Positions 26,646 through 38,759 of a stretch of 64,000 bases of DNA are shown here, piece after piece. Source of the DNA: Vicugna vicugna. Its lineage: Eukaryota. Location: contig MU058815.1 in NCBI GenBank assembly GCA_013265495.1, positions 380,523 through 444,522 of the forward strand. The letters run 5' to 3'. Under the pieces are notes generated by a model, which worked only from the letters and a program-made list of their open reading frames with translations, was not told the DNA's origin and searched no databases. Position 1 is the stretch's first letter, and the number at the start of each line of letters is the position of its first letter. The position numbers were made by a program, and so were the translations under genes.

Positions 26646-26795
26646 GCAGGGAGGGGATAGCTCGGTGGTAGAGCACATGCTCAGCGTGCACGAGGTCCTG
26701 GGTTCAACCCCCAGCACCTCTGTATAAACAAATAAATACATAAACGCCTAATTACCCCCTTAAAAAAATTAGGTAAAAAAAATTTTTTAAAAAGC
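26646..26795 (+). mobile_element. vic-1-like SINE
   Basis: ggggatagctcggtggtagagcacatgctcagcgtgcacgaggtcctgggttcaacccccagcacctc, cctaattacccc, A-tail. Confidence 0.93.
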
Positions 26796-26959
26796 AATCA
26801 CTCCTGTCTTAATAGGATGAGAGAGGAGAGGATGCTAGCAGGATGTAGACCAAGAACTTGAGAATTAAGAAGCAGGAACACCTGAAGAGGTGAAGCTGAA
26901 GGGAGACAGATTTCTACCATCCAAGTGACGACAGTCTCAGTCACCCACCCCGACATCCT

Positions 26960-27080
26960 ATTTGATTTGCAGGACGTCATTTACCACCACCCAACATTCG
27001 TCCACCTGCTTTTTGCCTTTCTCACTCCCTCTTGAATGTAAGCTCCTTGAGGGCACCTGGGAAATGCTGGTTGAGTGAAG
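26960..27080 (+). mobile_element. L2 3' fragment
   Basis: ctccctcttgaatgtaagctccttgagggca...atgctggttgagtgaa. Confidence 0.6.
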
Positions 27081-28344
27081 GGACAATTGGGGAGCGTGGC
27101 AGGACAAGCTCCCGAGCGAGGCGTGGGTCTGCCAGCCAGTGAGAGCCCAGCTGGGGCCACTGACCACCAAGCGAACGGGGCTGACCAGTCAACCCTGTGG
27201 GATGCCCTCCCGCTGGGCTCAGAGCCCATGGCCAGCTGGGCCTTACCAGATGATGCCAGAGGGCACAAGCTTAGAGACCTGGAGAAAGCGTACTGAAACG
27301 TGGCCACGTCATCAACAGGGAGGGTGGTGACCAGCCCTTGAACAGGTACGTGGTGACCACGCTATGAACAGGCAGGGGGGCTGGAAGCTCCTGGGAGGCG
27401 GAACAAAAGGGGGCCTTTCCCAAGTCACAGAGCTGTACAGGTGTCACCACCCAGCACAGGGGGAGGGAGAAGGTCCCTGGAGATAAGGAAGTCCAGGCCC
27501 CAGGCATCAAATGAGCCATCCACACGGACGAACTCTGCAGACCAGGGACATCGGGCCAAAACCGAGGTGGCAAGGACAGCTGCTGTCTAGCTTCCTTCCC
27601 TCCACGACCCTCTAACCATCACGAGCAGGAGACTCAGGGAGGGTGAAGCACTGGAGGTGGCAAGGCCATCAGGGGCCCTACAGAGTGGTGACCACCCAGG
27701 TCCTCACCCACCTGTGCGCAGCTCGGGGTCCTGGTTGCTAATTCAAGAGGACAGGACGTGTCGCAGCCGACATCCTGCTATGTGAATCAATGACACGCGG
27801 GCTGGTATGATGACAGCGAAGCGGAAACAGCCCAGTTCTGTCAAATTCCACGTATTCATACGCATTTAGGTCTGACAGTGCTGTGGCCCACATCTTATAA
27901 AATGACAGAGACAGAGAAGACAACAGGAAAGGGTCAATGTGAGTAAAGCAAGGATTCCTGAGGTGTGGGTGAACACGGTATTCCTGAGCCCAAATCTGCC
28001 ATTTTTGTCATAGGTCGGCTTTGTCAAGAAGCCAACGCGGAGAGCGGCCAAGGGGGTGGAGTGCACGGACCCTGGAGTCACCTCCTCCACGGGCACAGCA
28101 CAGTCACAGCCAACTGCTGAACGGCCGCCGATGCAAGACCGAAACTCCCAGAAGAGACCGCCGCAACCAAAGACAGAAGGAAGGAAGCGCAAGGCGGGCA
28201 GGAGGGGCACTCGTGACGCAGTCACGTCCCACACCCCAGGCCGGCGACCCACAAGCTGGAGACGGGTCGTGCTGCAGACGCCCTCCCACGGGGGTGAGCG
28301 TTCTGACCCCACGCCCGGCTCCCCAGCCCGGGGGCCCGGCACCA

Positions 28345-28710
28345 GGAAGAGGAGCCCACAGTCACCTCTAGACGCTCCCCCTAGACACAGCCCTGCCCAC
28401 CAGAGGGCCAGGACTCAGCTCCACCCGCCAGCGGGCAGGCACCGGTGCCTCCTACCAGGCAGCCTGCACAAGCCTCTAGACGAGCCTCCCCTGCCCGGGG
28501 GCAGACACCGGAAGCAAGGAAGCTACGACCCTGAGGGATGAAGTCTGCAAACGCAGGTGAGGCCCCACCCTGGGACCAGCTGGCCCCTGGCCCTTGGGTG
28601 CTGAGAGGGGAGCGCACTTCTGAGACACACAGGATGTCTCCTCAGAGAGTCACTTCTCCAGGGTCAGGAAACGTGACTAACCTACCACGTACATAAAAAT
28701 ATAAAGAGCC
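28345..28710 (+). mobile_element. L1 5' UTR fragment (laurasiatherian type) ending just before ORF1
   Basis: gccctgcccaccagagggccaggactcagctccacccgccag...gcctgcacaagcc...ggggcagacaccggaagcaag...aacctaccacgtacataaaaata resembles recalled L1 5' UTR consensus. Confidence 0.7.
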
Positions 28711-29323
28711 CTGCACTTCCCTGGTCATGCAGATGCTCTGCAAACGCGGCTTGTCTGCAGAGTCTTCCCTGCAAAGCAAGAAAGCAATGATCCTATTTCA
28801 CCTTCATCTCCTGGTAAAGGGGGTTTGGCTCCCTGTCACTCCCAATTATTTAAATAAAGAAAATTAAGATCAAGCATCCTTTTTTAAGGAGTCCAAGTCA
28901 CATGACGGAACTGCAAGTCTGATCATCTAAAGGTGCTCGATCCTCTGTGGCCTCCAAGAACGGGACGCAGTGGGAGATGCCTGGCGAGTCGAGGGTCTCA
29001 AACCAAACGTCATCAAGCAAGACCACTTTTTCGTTTGGCGAAAGCCCTTTCTAGCTTCAGTGGGCGTTAGGAGTGAGGTTGGAACTGCGGAGTATCATCA
29101 AGGTAGCATGGCCACCAGCCATCTGGCTTGGAGAAGCCAACAGGGAGCCAGCAAAGGCTTTGTCTTAAAAATTGTAATTAGTAGAGATGCCTCAAATATT
29201 TCAGAAGAGACAAATGAAACCACGTATCAAAGGGGTTTCATCACAACTGACAGAGCATTATTCTCAAATCAAGTCACTGTCCCATACTTGCGAACACAAA
29301 ACTTAGCTCCGTTACTTCTTAAG

Positions 29324-29613
29324 TTTTTTTTTTATTGAAGTACAGTCCGTTACAACGTGTCAATTGCTGGTGCACAGCACAACGTTTCGGTCATACACCT
29401 ACATACATGTACTTGCCTTCATACTGTTTTTCACTGTAGGTGACTACCAGATACTGAATAGAGTTCCCTGTGCTGTACAGAAGAAATTTGTGTGTTCTCT
29501 ATTTTATATATAGTAGCTAATATTGGCAAATCTCAAAGTCCCAATTTATCCCTCCCCACCCCCCATGAGTTTGTTTGCTAGACATAGCAAATGTCTGTGA
29601 GTCCGTTTCTGTG
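29324..29613 (-). mobile_element. Young camelid L1 3' end
   Basis: Poly(T), attgaagtacagtc...gttccctgtgctgtacagaagaaa...gcaaatctcaaagtcccaatttatccc; matches the copies at 51.3-51.5 kb and 55.8-56.1 kb. Confidence 0.92.
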
Positions 29614-30397
29614 AAGAACCTTGACCTTAAGTTATCGCCCACGCCCCCATCCTCAAGGGGTGGGCTCTCTTCCCACCAGGTAGGGTGCAGCTGGGCCCTC
29701 ATGCCCGTTGGCCCCTCAGTCCTGGCAGTGCACTCAGATGTCTGGGGGCCCAGGAAGCTCCTACTAGACTGCTAAAAGTGTATCTTGAAGTCAGCCCCAT
29801 TCTCACATGTAGCAGGAGAGCAGTGTGTCCCCAGAAGGCTCAATAAAAACCCCCGGGTCTCTTCTCCCACTGGTGTCTCTGGACCAGGACTCTGAGAATG
29901 TCCCTGTGTGTAAAGCTGAACTGTTGGACAGGGCTCAACCCAGAGAGGCCCTCGGCCCCAGGGCATGGCACTCGGCCCAGCCCACATCTCTGCCGGCCCC
30001 GTGCCATGGTCAGAATGTCATGCAGTCACTGAAGTCCATACTCCCAGGCTGGCACGGAGTCCTGCCTTGAAAAGGATGGGGAGAAGGCCCATCTCCCACA
30101 GCACTGGAGTGTGCACTTGCCCTCAGGGGCAGTGAGTGCACCCCCACAAGTTTCCCGCAGCCAGACGGCAGGGGAGGGTTCAGAGGCTGACCGACAGGAC
30201 TCAGGAGAGGAGGTGGATGGGACCCCGGAACTGCCAGCTGCATCCGGGCAGAGGCGCTGTGTGCCCAGCGCCAGCACAGGAGGGCCCAGTGAGCATCAGC
30301 TGAGTAAATGACAATTCTGACACCCTTGCCCACTCTCTGCACTCACTCCTGACACTGGCACAGGCCTCCTCTGGTCCGGGAGGCAGTCTTCGTTGAC

Positions 30398-30600
30398 AAA
30401 GACACGCACAGAGGGACGACCAGATGAGGATGCAGAGAGCAGGGTCTACATGCCAAGGAGAGAGGCCTCGGAAGGAAACAGCCCTGCTGACACCTTCATC
30501 TCAGACTTCCCGCCTCCAGAGCTGGGAGACGACAAACGCCCATTGTTTGAGCTGCCCCTTCTGCAGTACCTCCCGTGGCAGCCTGAGCAGAATGACACAA
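30398..30600 (+). mobile_element. MLT1B/C LTR, 3' half
   Basis: gccaaggagagaggcctcggaaggaaacagccctgctgacaccttcatctcagacttcccgcctccagagctg. Confidence 0.85.
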
Positions 30601-30639
30601 TGCCGTGGTCTGAGGCCTCACATCCCTCCAGCAGACACC

Positions 30640-30880
30640 ACGTAACAGCAGTGACGGCTCCCAGCGTTTGACGGACGCCTGCCCTTCTGGGCGCTTTGCT
30701 CGTTCAATCCCTGCGAAGACCCCACCCGATGGGTATTATTTCTATTATCCACAACGGGCAGAGGAACAAATTCAGCCGTTCTCTGCGGAAGTCACTCCCC
30801 GCCACTCAGCCTACGGGTAAGTGGCAGGGCCGGGATGGGGGATCAGGCTGTGACGTTCCAGAACCCACGCGCACACCTGC
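30640..30880 (-). mobile_element. MIR
   Basis: gggtattatttctattatccacaacgggcagaggaacaaattcag...gtaagtggcagggccgggat resembles the antisense MIR core. Confidence 0.6.
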
Positions 30881-31859
30881 CCCCCGACATGGTCCCCGAG
30901 TCAGGGGACCCACGCACACTTTGGTGTGGCTGTGGCAGGAGGGGAGCTGAACGAGGGCTCCGGACCGGGCCCCTGATCTCACTGGTGACTGCCGCCCCTG
31001 CCCCGTCCAGCTCTGCGGGTCCAGGACTCCAGCGCTCTGCACCGAAAAACCCCGAAGATCCCAGGCGGATCACAGAAGCCACGTCATCGGGATCAGCAGG
31101 TTCGCCTTCCCTTCTGCTGCGAGAACCACCCCACCTGCCAGCCTTGACCTCGCTAAGTCAAGTCCTTAGCGGGGGCGGGAGGGGGGTGGGCTCATCTCCC
31201 CGATCCCAGCTCTGTGACCCCCTGGGCGGGGCAGCATCGCCAGGCTTACAGTGTCACCTCCCTGAGCAAGCATGTTCAGCTCGGAGTCAGCTACAAGCTG
31301 CTCTTCACAAACGTCCACACAGACGAAGGAGGCAGGCAGGCCCCGTGCCAGCCAGGCTGGGCCCCCGGGCTGCTCACTGCACCTGAGTCAGCACCGTGGG
31401 CACAGAACCTTGGGTCGTCCCGGGCGGCCAGCGCCAGGTGGGCACGTCCCCGCTGCGGCCGATCGGCCCCCAGGGGCTGGTTCCCCGCCGGGCGCACAGG
31501 GCCGCCCCTTGAGTCCCTGCAGGTCCGACAATCTGGTTTTCATTGAGCGGAGTTTGGAGAGCTCTCCCACCACATTTTTCTTTAATTATGATAAAAGAGA
31601 GTAACTTAATCGAGCATAAATCCTGCTGAAGTGAACAGGAGAAAATGAAGGGGTGAACGTGGAGAAGGGATGGGGGTGGCTGCACCCACAGGCCCTCGGA
31701 TTTCAGAGGAAGCCAAGCCCAGTAAATACAAATGAGGGCTGTTTCCCACTCAGAATCTCGCTCTCATCCTGCGCGGGGAGAGAAAGCAAAGGCAGACCCG
31801 GCCCTGCTTGATGGAGGCACCTGGGAACACAGACAGCATCCACCCAGGCCTTCCCTAGC

Positions 31860-31890
31860 GGGGGGGGGGGGGGGGGGGGGGGGCCCCCCC
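31860..31890. repeat. G24 homopolymer followed by C7
   Basis: Direct read. Confidence 0.95.
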
Positions 31891-31982
31891 GTACAGCTGG
31901 GTTCCGGTACTGCCCCAGGGCTGACTCGGGGAGGGTGGCGACTGTTAGCAGTCCTCCTGGGCGTGGGAAGAGGCCGCACAGG

Positions 31983-32092
31983 CACTCACTTGTACACGTG
32001 CACGTGCATGCACTCACACACGTGTGTGCATTCATGCACATGCGTGTGTGCACACGTGTGCACATATGCACACTTGCTGGTACATGCATGGA
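31983..32092. repeat. Mixed CA/TG purine-pyrimidine alternating tract
   Basis: tacacgtgcacgtgcatgcactcacacacgtgtgtgcattcatgcacatgcgtgtgtgcacacgtgtgcacatatgcacac. Confidence 0.85.
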
Positions 32093-32123
32093 TCTGTGTC
32101 CCTGCACATATACGGCCCACAGA

Positions 32124-32288
32124 ACACTGGCTCCAAAAGTGCCTGCCAGCAGCAGCAGCCCCAGGAAGTCCTTAGAAATGCAGAATCTCAGCTCCCACCC
32201 CAGACCTACAGAATTCAACACACCAAAGAGGGGGCTGGCCAATCTGGATTTAAAAGCCTCCAGGCTGAAGGCTGAGGAGCACCATTAA
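32124..32288. mobile_element. MER5A-like hAT-Charlie MITE
   Basis: cagcagcagc...ttagaaatgcagaatctcagctcccaccccagacctacagaattc...aagcctccagg. Confidence 0.85.
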
Positions 32289-32344
32289 GCAGAGCAGAGG
32301 ATTCATACAGAGCAAATTACTAGTTTTTTTTTTAAAAAAACAAT

Positions 32345-32870
32345 AGAGCCGTTCAGACAATGGAATATTATTCAACATAAAAAGACATGAGCTATCCAGC
32401 CATGAAAACACAAGGAGGAAACTTACACGCACGTTACTAAGTGAAAGAAACTGTCTAGAAAGACCGCGGAACGTTATGATTCCAACGATACGGCATCTGG
32501 AAAAGGCAGACTTACAGAGACAGTAAACAGATCCAGGATTGTCAGGGACAGGGTGGGGTGACTCGGCGGCGCACAGGGATGTGCACAGCTGTGACAGTTC
32601 TCTGTATGAGACCATAATGATGGATGCACGTCTTTATTTATACATGTGCCCAAACCCACAGGTCAGACCCCACCGAGAGAGATCCCTAACGTAGGCTATG
32701 GAGGTGGCAGTAATGGTGATGTGTCCCTGCAGGGTCCCCAGCCACCACTAATGCACCACCTGGGGGGTATATTCATGGTGGGGGAGGGTCGGAGGTACAG
32801 GGAAATCTCTGTACCTTCCATCCAAAGTAGCCGTGAACCTAAAACTGCTCTAAAAATAAAGTCCATTTAC
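32345..32870 (+). mobile_element. L1MC1-like 3' end
   Basis: gacaatggaatattattcaac...gagctatccagccatgaaaacacaaggaggaaactta...gggaaatctctgtaccttcc...gtgaacctaaaactgctctaaaaataaagtc. Confidence 0.88.
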
Positions 32871-32934
32871 ATTCAAAACAACTGAGAGAGCGATTTTATG
32901 GCTTCACTTAGGAACACTTCTTGTGTTCACAGGC

Positions 32935-33165
32935 AGTAATAATAACCAGAGCTCTCAGCGTTTCTGCGCTGCCTCCCCCCACCACGCCCGACCTAAACGC
33001 TGCCACGGACCAACCTGTTTATCTTCACAGGGACCCTTGGAGGCTACTGCCAGCATCTCTGCCTCACAGGTAAGGACAGTGCAGCACAGAACGGCTGAAT
33101 AACCTGCCCAAGGTCACACAGCTAGTGAGGGGCAGAACCATGCGTCAGGTCCCCGTGTCCACCAC
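32935..33165 (-). mobile_element. MIR
   Basis: gaataacctgcccaaggtcacacagctagtgaggggcagaacc is the MIR core. Confidence 0.85.
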
Positions 33166-33994
33166 CGAAACACACCTCTACACTGGGCACCACAGTGCCG
33201 CCTCCCAGGGTCACCACGGAGGGGAGATGAAGGGCAGATGCTAGAGGCAGGGGGCTCTGAAGCCCGCAGGCATGGGTCCAGCCAAGTTCGAGCCCAGGCC
33301 AGGGCAGGTCTGGCAACGAGAGCTTCGGTGACCCACGAGGAGATGCCAGCGCTGACTCCGCCCCAGGTAAATGCTGAGGAATGTGAAAGGCTCCGGCAGG
33401 AAGGGTAACTCAGCCCTAACCAGATGGAGCATTTGAAAGCCTGAGCCACAAGAGACCTTGTTTTGTTTTGTTTTGTTTTGAATTTTTAAATGCATTTTCA
33501 TACCTTGCTTATCAAACAGTAACATTCCATCTTTGCAATCTTATAAGGAATACATGAAGATACTGTCAAGGCTTTGAGATATCTCTATGGTCACCAGGTA
33601 ATCAGAACACACACACCACCTACTAACGTTTCAGAAAAGCCCTCTTGAAGGCCTGCTGGATGGCTGAGTACCATCCAGCGTTCACAGACTGGGGCGCAGG
33701 GAAAACAGAGACGGAAGCAGTTACAAGCATCATGCATTTCGAAGCCCACTTTTAGGCACTCGACATTACGAATATTTTTTAAAGGAGATGATGTTTTTTA
33801 AAAGGGCAATTCAGCATTTCCAAGAAAGATTATTTTGGCCGTGTTCAACGCAAAATCTGGACGCATGTTTGAGCCCCAGCAGGGGTGTGCAGCTCCAGCT
33901 GGTGGGAGCATCACAGACAAAGGCACCCCGAGAAGACCCGAACACCCCCCGCCCAAACCCACTCTGAGGGGCACTCGGGTGAGCGTGGTCCTGC

Positions 33995-34195
33995 AGGTGT
34001 GCATAGAATGGATAAACAAGACTATGCTGTACAGCACAGGGAAATATATATACAAGTTCTTGTGGTAGCTCATGATGAAAAAGAATGTGACAATGAATAT
34101 ATGTGTGTTCATGCATAACTGAAAAATCGTGCTCTACACTGGAATTTGACACAACATGGTAAACTGACTGTAACTCAATAAAACTAAAATAAAAA
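33995..34195 (+). mobile_element. Young camelid L1 3' end
   Basis: gataaacaagactatgctgtacagcacagggaaatatata...gaatttgacacaacatggtaaactgactgtaactcaataaaa with A tail. Confidence 0.88.
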
Positions 34196-35560
34196 ACAAC
34201 TCTGTGCTTCAGTGGACATCATCAAGAAAGTGGAAAGACACCTACAAAATGGGAGAAAATATTTACAAATCACATATTTGGTGAGGAACTTGTATCCAGA
34301 CGACATAAAGAACACTGTTAAGGACTGGATGTTTATTTACAAGCAGAAATTTACATATTAAAGCCCCAACATCCTATGTGATGGAATTTGGAGGCGGGGC
34401 CTTTGGAGTGATTCGATCTGGATAAAGGCATGAGGGATAAGCATTCTTCTAAGAAGAGGAACAGACACCAGAGCTCACGCTCTCCCTGCCACGTAAGGAT
34501 ACAGGGAGAAGGCAACTATCCATAAGCCAAGAAGATCCGAATCCTCACCAGGAACTGACCTTGCTGGCTGACCTTGATCTTGGACTCGCAGCCTCCAGAA
34601 ATTTAAGAAATACATTTCTGTTGTTTACGCCACCCAGCCTGTGGGATTTTGTTACAGCAGCTCAAGCTGACTCATACAGACACAACTAAATGATAAAAAG
34701 ACAAGTAATTCGATCAAAATTTGGTCAGAGGGTCTGAATAGTTATTTCTGCAACATCACACAAGTGACAAGTACATGAAAAGATGTCCAAGTCATTAACC
34801 ATCCATGAAACACAAACCAAAATCACAAGCAAATACTACTTTACACCAACTAGGATAATTATAATCAAAAAGACACATAGTAACAAATATTGGCAAGGAT
34901 ACAGAGAAACTAGAATTCTCATATGCTGCAGGTGGGAATATAAAATGATGCAGATGCTGTGGAAAACAGGGTGGCATCCCTTGAAACTTTAAACACAGAG
35001 TTACCGTATGACCCAGCAATTCCACTGCTAGGTATACACCCAAGAGAACTGAAAACATATGTCCCCAAAAAAACTTACACAGGAATGTTCACAACAGTAC
35101 TATTCGTAACACTCAAAAAGTGGAAACCATCTAAATGTCCATACACTGATAAAATGTGGTATATCCATTCAATGGACTAGTATTTGGCCATTAAAAGGAA
35201 AGAAGTTCTGATACATGCTATGACATGAATGAACCTTGAAAACGTGATGTGAAGTGGAAGAAAAAAAAAAGCTGGACACAAAGCCAGATATCCCATTTAC
35301 ATGAAACGTCCAGAACAGACAAATCCACAGAGACAGAAGCACGTGAGTGCGCAGTCAGGGCTAGTGGGCTTGGTGGGTATGGGAAAACAGGGGTCACAGA
35401 TGGAGGAAACAGGCCTCTTTTTGAAGTGATGAAAAGTTCTAAAATTGATTGTGGAGATGGCTGCACAACTCTGCAAACATACTAAAAGAAAAAAATCACT
35501 GAATTGTACACTTTAAATGACAAGTTGCATCTGTATGTGAATTATATCTCAATAAACATG
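34196..35560 (+). mobile_element. L1MB7/8-like ORF2 end and 3' UTR, interrupted by an MLT1A LTR
   Basis: ORF 34959-35180 LNTELPYDPAIPLLGIHPRELKT...MFTTVLF...KWKPSKCP matches the L1 ORF2 C-terminus; 3' UTR ends gtatgtgaattatatctcaataaa. Confidence 0.92.
34316..34678 (+). mobile_element. MLT1A-like solo LTR inserted in L1MB
   Basis: TG...CA ends; 5-bp TSD aacac (34311-34315) / gacac (34679-34683); ttggaggcggggcctttgg, accttgatcttggactcgcagcctccaga. Confidence 0.9.
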
Positions 35561-37579
35561 TACAATACGAATGACTATTTAGGGATGCTAGAAATGGGGA
35601 AGGAAAAAGGAAGGGCTCAGGCGATAAACAGAAAGGAAGTGGAAGAGAAGGTGGTTTCAGGAAAAGGTGGAGACAGACTCGGTTTTGGGGGATGAGCTGG
35701 ACCCCCTCAATATGCAAGGTGCAGACCAATTTCCCTTTTCACTCCACACCTCTGTGCTCCTTCGAATTTGAACTCAACCCGAAAAGCCTAGCACTTGTGT
35801 TAGGTTATCAGAAACTGCCCTGGGAAAGGGGTCCTCCTGCTTCTGACACATACATCAGTGGTTCTGGCCAGAACAAGGCAATGGGGAAAAAAATCTACGT
35901 TCCACTCTGAGTCAACAAATCACTCCGGGTCCCCTGTCCAGCCCTCCCCTGGGAGCGGAGACCCTGGGCCACGGTGCGGGGAGAAGGGGTGCGGGAACAA
36001 GGAAGCACCGGCAGTGCACACACGGCAGAGGGGAGGGCCGCTCCAGTCCTGTCGCGCAATCTTAATTACGACTTAGAGATGTTATGATTCTCATGCCAAC
36101 ACTTGCAGGGAAACACCGCCATAGATCAAAGCGCGTGGAAGGCGCCCAGCCTGGTCTGCGAAAGTCACATGAAGCAGGAGGGTCTGCAGTAAGCTGGCTC
36201 CCTTTCCAGGGTGGTCACTTCCACAAAGTCGCTCCTTCCAAGCAGAAGTCCCAAGAATCTGTTTTCAGCGACCATGGGGACACGCCAAAGGAGTCGCCAG
36301 GGCCAGGATGCATTCAGCATGTGTGCATTTCACACGACTTACTTAAAAGATAGATCATTTTCACCACAACTGAACCAACAAAAAGGAAAAGATAAACCAG
36401 AACTCGGTAAATGTACCGTATGGTTTATTTCTGCTGATAACACATACACTCCCTTATATCTTCCTGCTGTCTGCTCTGAAGGGGAGGATGGAAGGCGGTC
36501 CATAAATTTCATTTACGTCGCTTTGGCCATGGCATTCCCCCAAAGTGGAACTCAAATGGCCACGGTATTTTCCTTTGCCAGAAATCTGTGTGCTCTGTGA
36601 AACACTCTCCCCAGCAGCGAAGTCTTTGACACAGTTCTCTGTGATCTACAAAATTCCCCAAGTAAGAGATAAGGCAGAAACTTGTTTTTTTCCAGTATGG
36701 TTTTCAAATACAGTAATTCTATATGGCAATAAAAAGCTTAAAAGATCTCCAGAGGTTCTTTCACAGGACAACAAAGGGAAAAAAACCACAGGAAGGACTC
36801 ACTGTTCCTCCGCCCATCACCCCAAGTAAATAGTTTGCACACTTCCAACCAACAGGCTCTTCCTGGGACTGACAGTGACACCTCTCCGTAAGTGACACTT
36901 CTTCAGCTTAGGAAAACAGTCCCCAGATTGGAGGCTCGCGGAATCAAATGACTCCATTGTGAAATCTTTTTTTTTTCTTTAAACTGTAAAAATAATGTGA
37001 CTTCAATCACGTTAACGCTCCTCTTCTTTACCCCTTTACAAGTCAGGATACCAAAACTCAGACTTCACGGGAGTAAAATCTGGGAGGGCGGAAAAGTCAT
37101 CTCATTTTTCAAAGCACAAAAGCAACCAAAAGCGATTTGGTACATAGAAGCACTAAGCTAGAAAGAGATACCCTTCTACAGGAAAAAAAAAAAAAAGTCC
37201 TTTGTTATTCCTTTAAAAAAAATTATAAAAAAAGTATGGTAATATTTCAAAATAGGGGCCCAAGACACAAGTTTATTTTAAACGCACAACGATGAGATTG
37301 TTCACTAAGTTCCCCTCTGGTTTTCAGTTGGAAGCAGGGGTGGGGGTACAGGGGAAAATGTTGGCTTCTTCTGGGGTCAGGTCAACTGGCCTCAGGTGAC
37401 TGGTGAATGCAGGGGCACACAGCGTCGTGAGAGCTGCCAGGGCTGGTGAATAGAGCCCCACGCCCAGAAATGTAACACAGAAGATGTTTTCCTTAAACTG
37501 CTCCTGAGGATACGCCTCAAATAGAGACATGACCCAAATTTAGCAACATACGTTGAGAAATGGCCACTTCCTGAATTAC

Positions 37580-37649
37580 CTAAGTCCAAACACTCCAGCC
37601 AGGTGTTCTGTTACAACAGTGGAGTCGCAGAGAAATGCTTTCACGTGAA
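37580..37649 (-). other. Candidate exon (70 nt)
   Basis: Acceptor tctttatttcttcctttgccag, donor TAG|gtaatt; no recognisable peptide. Confidence 0.25.
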
Positions 37650-37719
37650 CTGGCAAAGGAAGAAATAAAGATGCTCTTCTCCTGGACCCAGATCCAGGCT
37701 TGCCGGCTGCACTGAGCTG

Positions 37720-37937
37720 CGCTGTGCAGGAAAGGAGCCGACTGCGGGGCTCCTTCAGTGGTCATACGGGGCTACTGAAATTTAAATTAACTAAAACGAA
37801 AGGAGATTTAAAATTCAGTTACTCAGTCTTGCTGGTCACATTCCAAGAGCTTAAGAGCCACATGAGGCCAATGGCTACCATACACAGATGTGTGATATTT
37901 CCATCATCCCCAAAAGTTCTACGGGACAAAACATGGA
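37720..37937 (-). mobile_element. MER3-like hAT-Charlie MITE
   Basis: aaatttaaattaactaaaac...aaaattcagttactcagtc...cacattccaagagc...atttccatcatccccaaaagttctacgggaca. Confidence 0.82.
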
Positions 37938-38215
37938 ATCCAATAAACCACTGCCTGTAAATGTTTTCACTTGGGGGAAAGGGGAGGAAAACAACTGGAT
38001 AAGATCTTGAAACAACCTGAAACCTGGACAAGATGGTGTAGGAGCACCGTGCCCATGGCGCCCGCTGAACAGAGGCAGGGAGCCGCTCCCTGGGGCTTGT
38101 GCGGCGTCCCCAGACCTGAGCTTAACGCGGCCCGGACTTCACACGTGGGCGTCGGCGCAGAAGAGCGAGCCGGCGCAGGCCTCCCAGCTCTGCTCGAGGG
38201 GTCTGAAGATAAGTA

Positions 38216-38717
38216 CTGCTCTTCCTCAACTTACGACGTATAACCCCACCCTAAGCTGAAGACGCCACATAAGTCAAAAAATGCATCTAATATATCTAAC
38301 CTACTCAGCGCCACAACTTAGCCGAGCCTAAACTTCAACGCGCTCAGAACACTTCAGACTGGTCTACAGTTGGGCAAAATCATCCAACACAAAGCCTGTT
38401 TAATGATAAGGTGTTGACTGTCTCATGTAGTTTACTGCACACTGTACTGGGCGTGAAAACCAGGCGCGGTGACGTGGGCGCGGGGCGGCTGTAAACGTGC
38501 TGGCTGTCCGCTCTCGTGACGGCGCGGCCGCCGGGGAGCCGCGGCCCAGGGCTGCTGCCCAGCGTCACAAGAGTGGATCGCGCTGCGTGCTGCTAACCCA
38601 CGGGGAAACGATCATAATTCAGAATTCAAAATATGGTCTCTGCTGAACGCGTGGCATTTCCGCGACGTCGTGAAGTTGAAAAATCATGTCGAATCATCGC
38701 AAGTTGGGGACCATATG
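38216..38717 (+). mobile_element. Tigger5b/MER47-family TcMar-Tigger non-autonomous element
   Basis: Preceded by TA; decayed terminal inverted repeats ctgctcttcctcaacttacga ... tcgcaagttggggaccatatg; internal ctacagttgggcaaaatcatccaacacaaagcct. Confidence 0.88.
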
Positions 38718-38759
38718 TGTCTCCTTCTCTACTAGAAGAGCACAGAGAGCATGCCAGGT

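Noticed and set aside
27140..27640. Possible CR1/L3 or old LTR fragment
   Set aside because: Resemblance too weak to call by eye
34783..35180. ORFs with protein-like L1 motifs
   Set aside because: Frameshifted remnants of L1 ORF2, not a host gene or an active element
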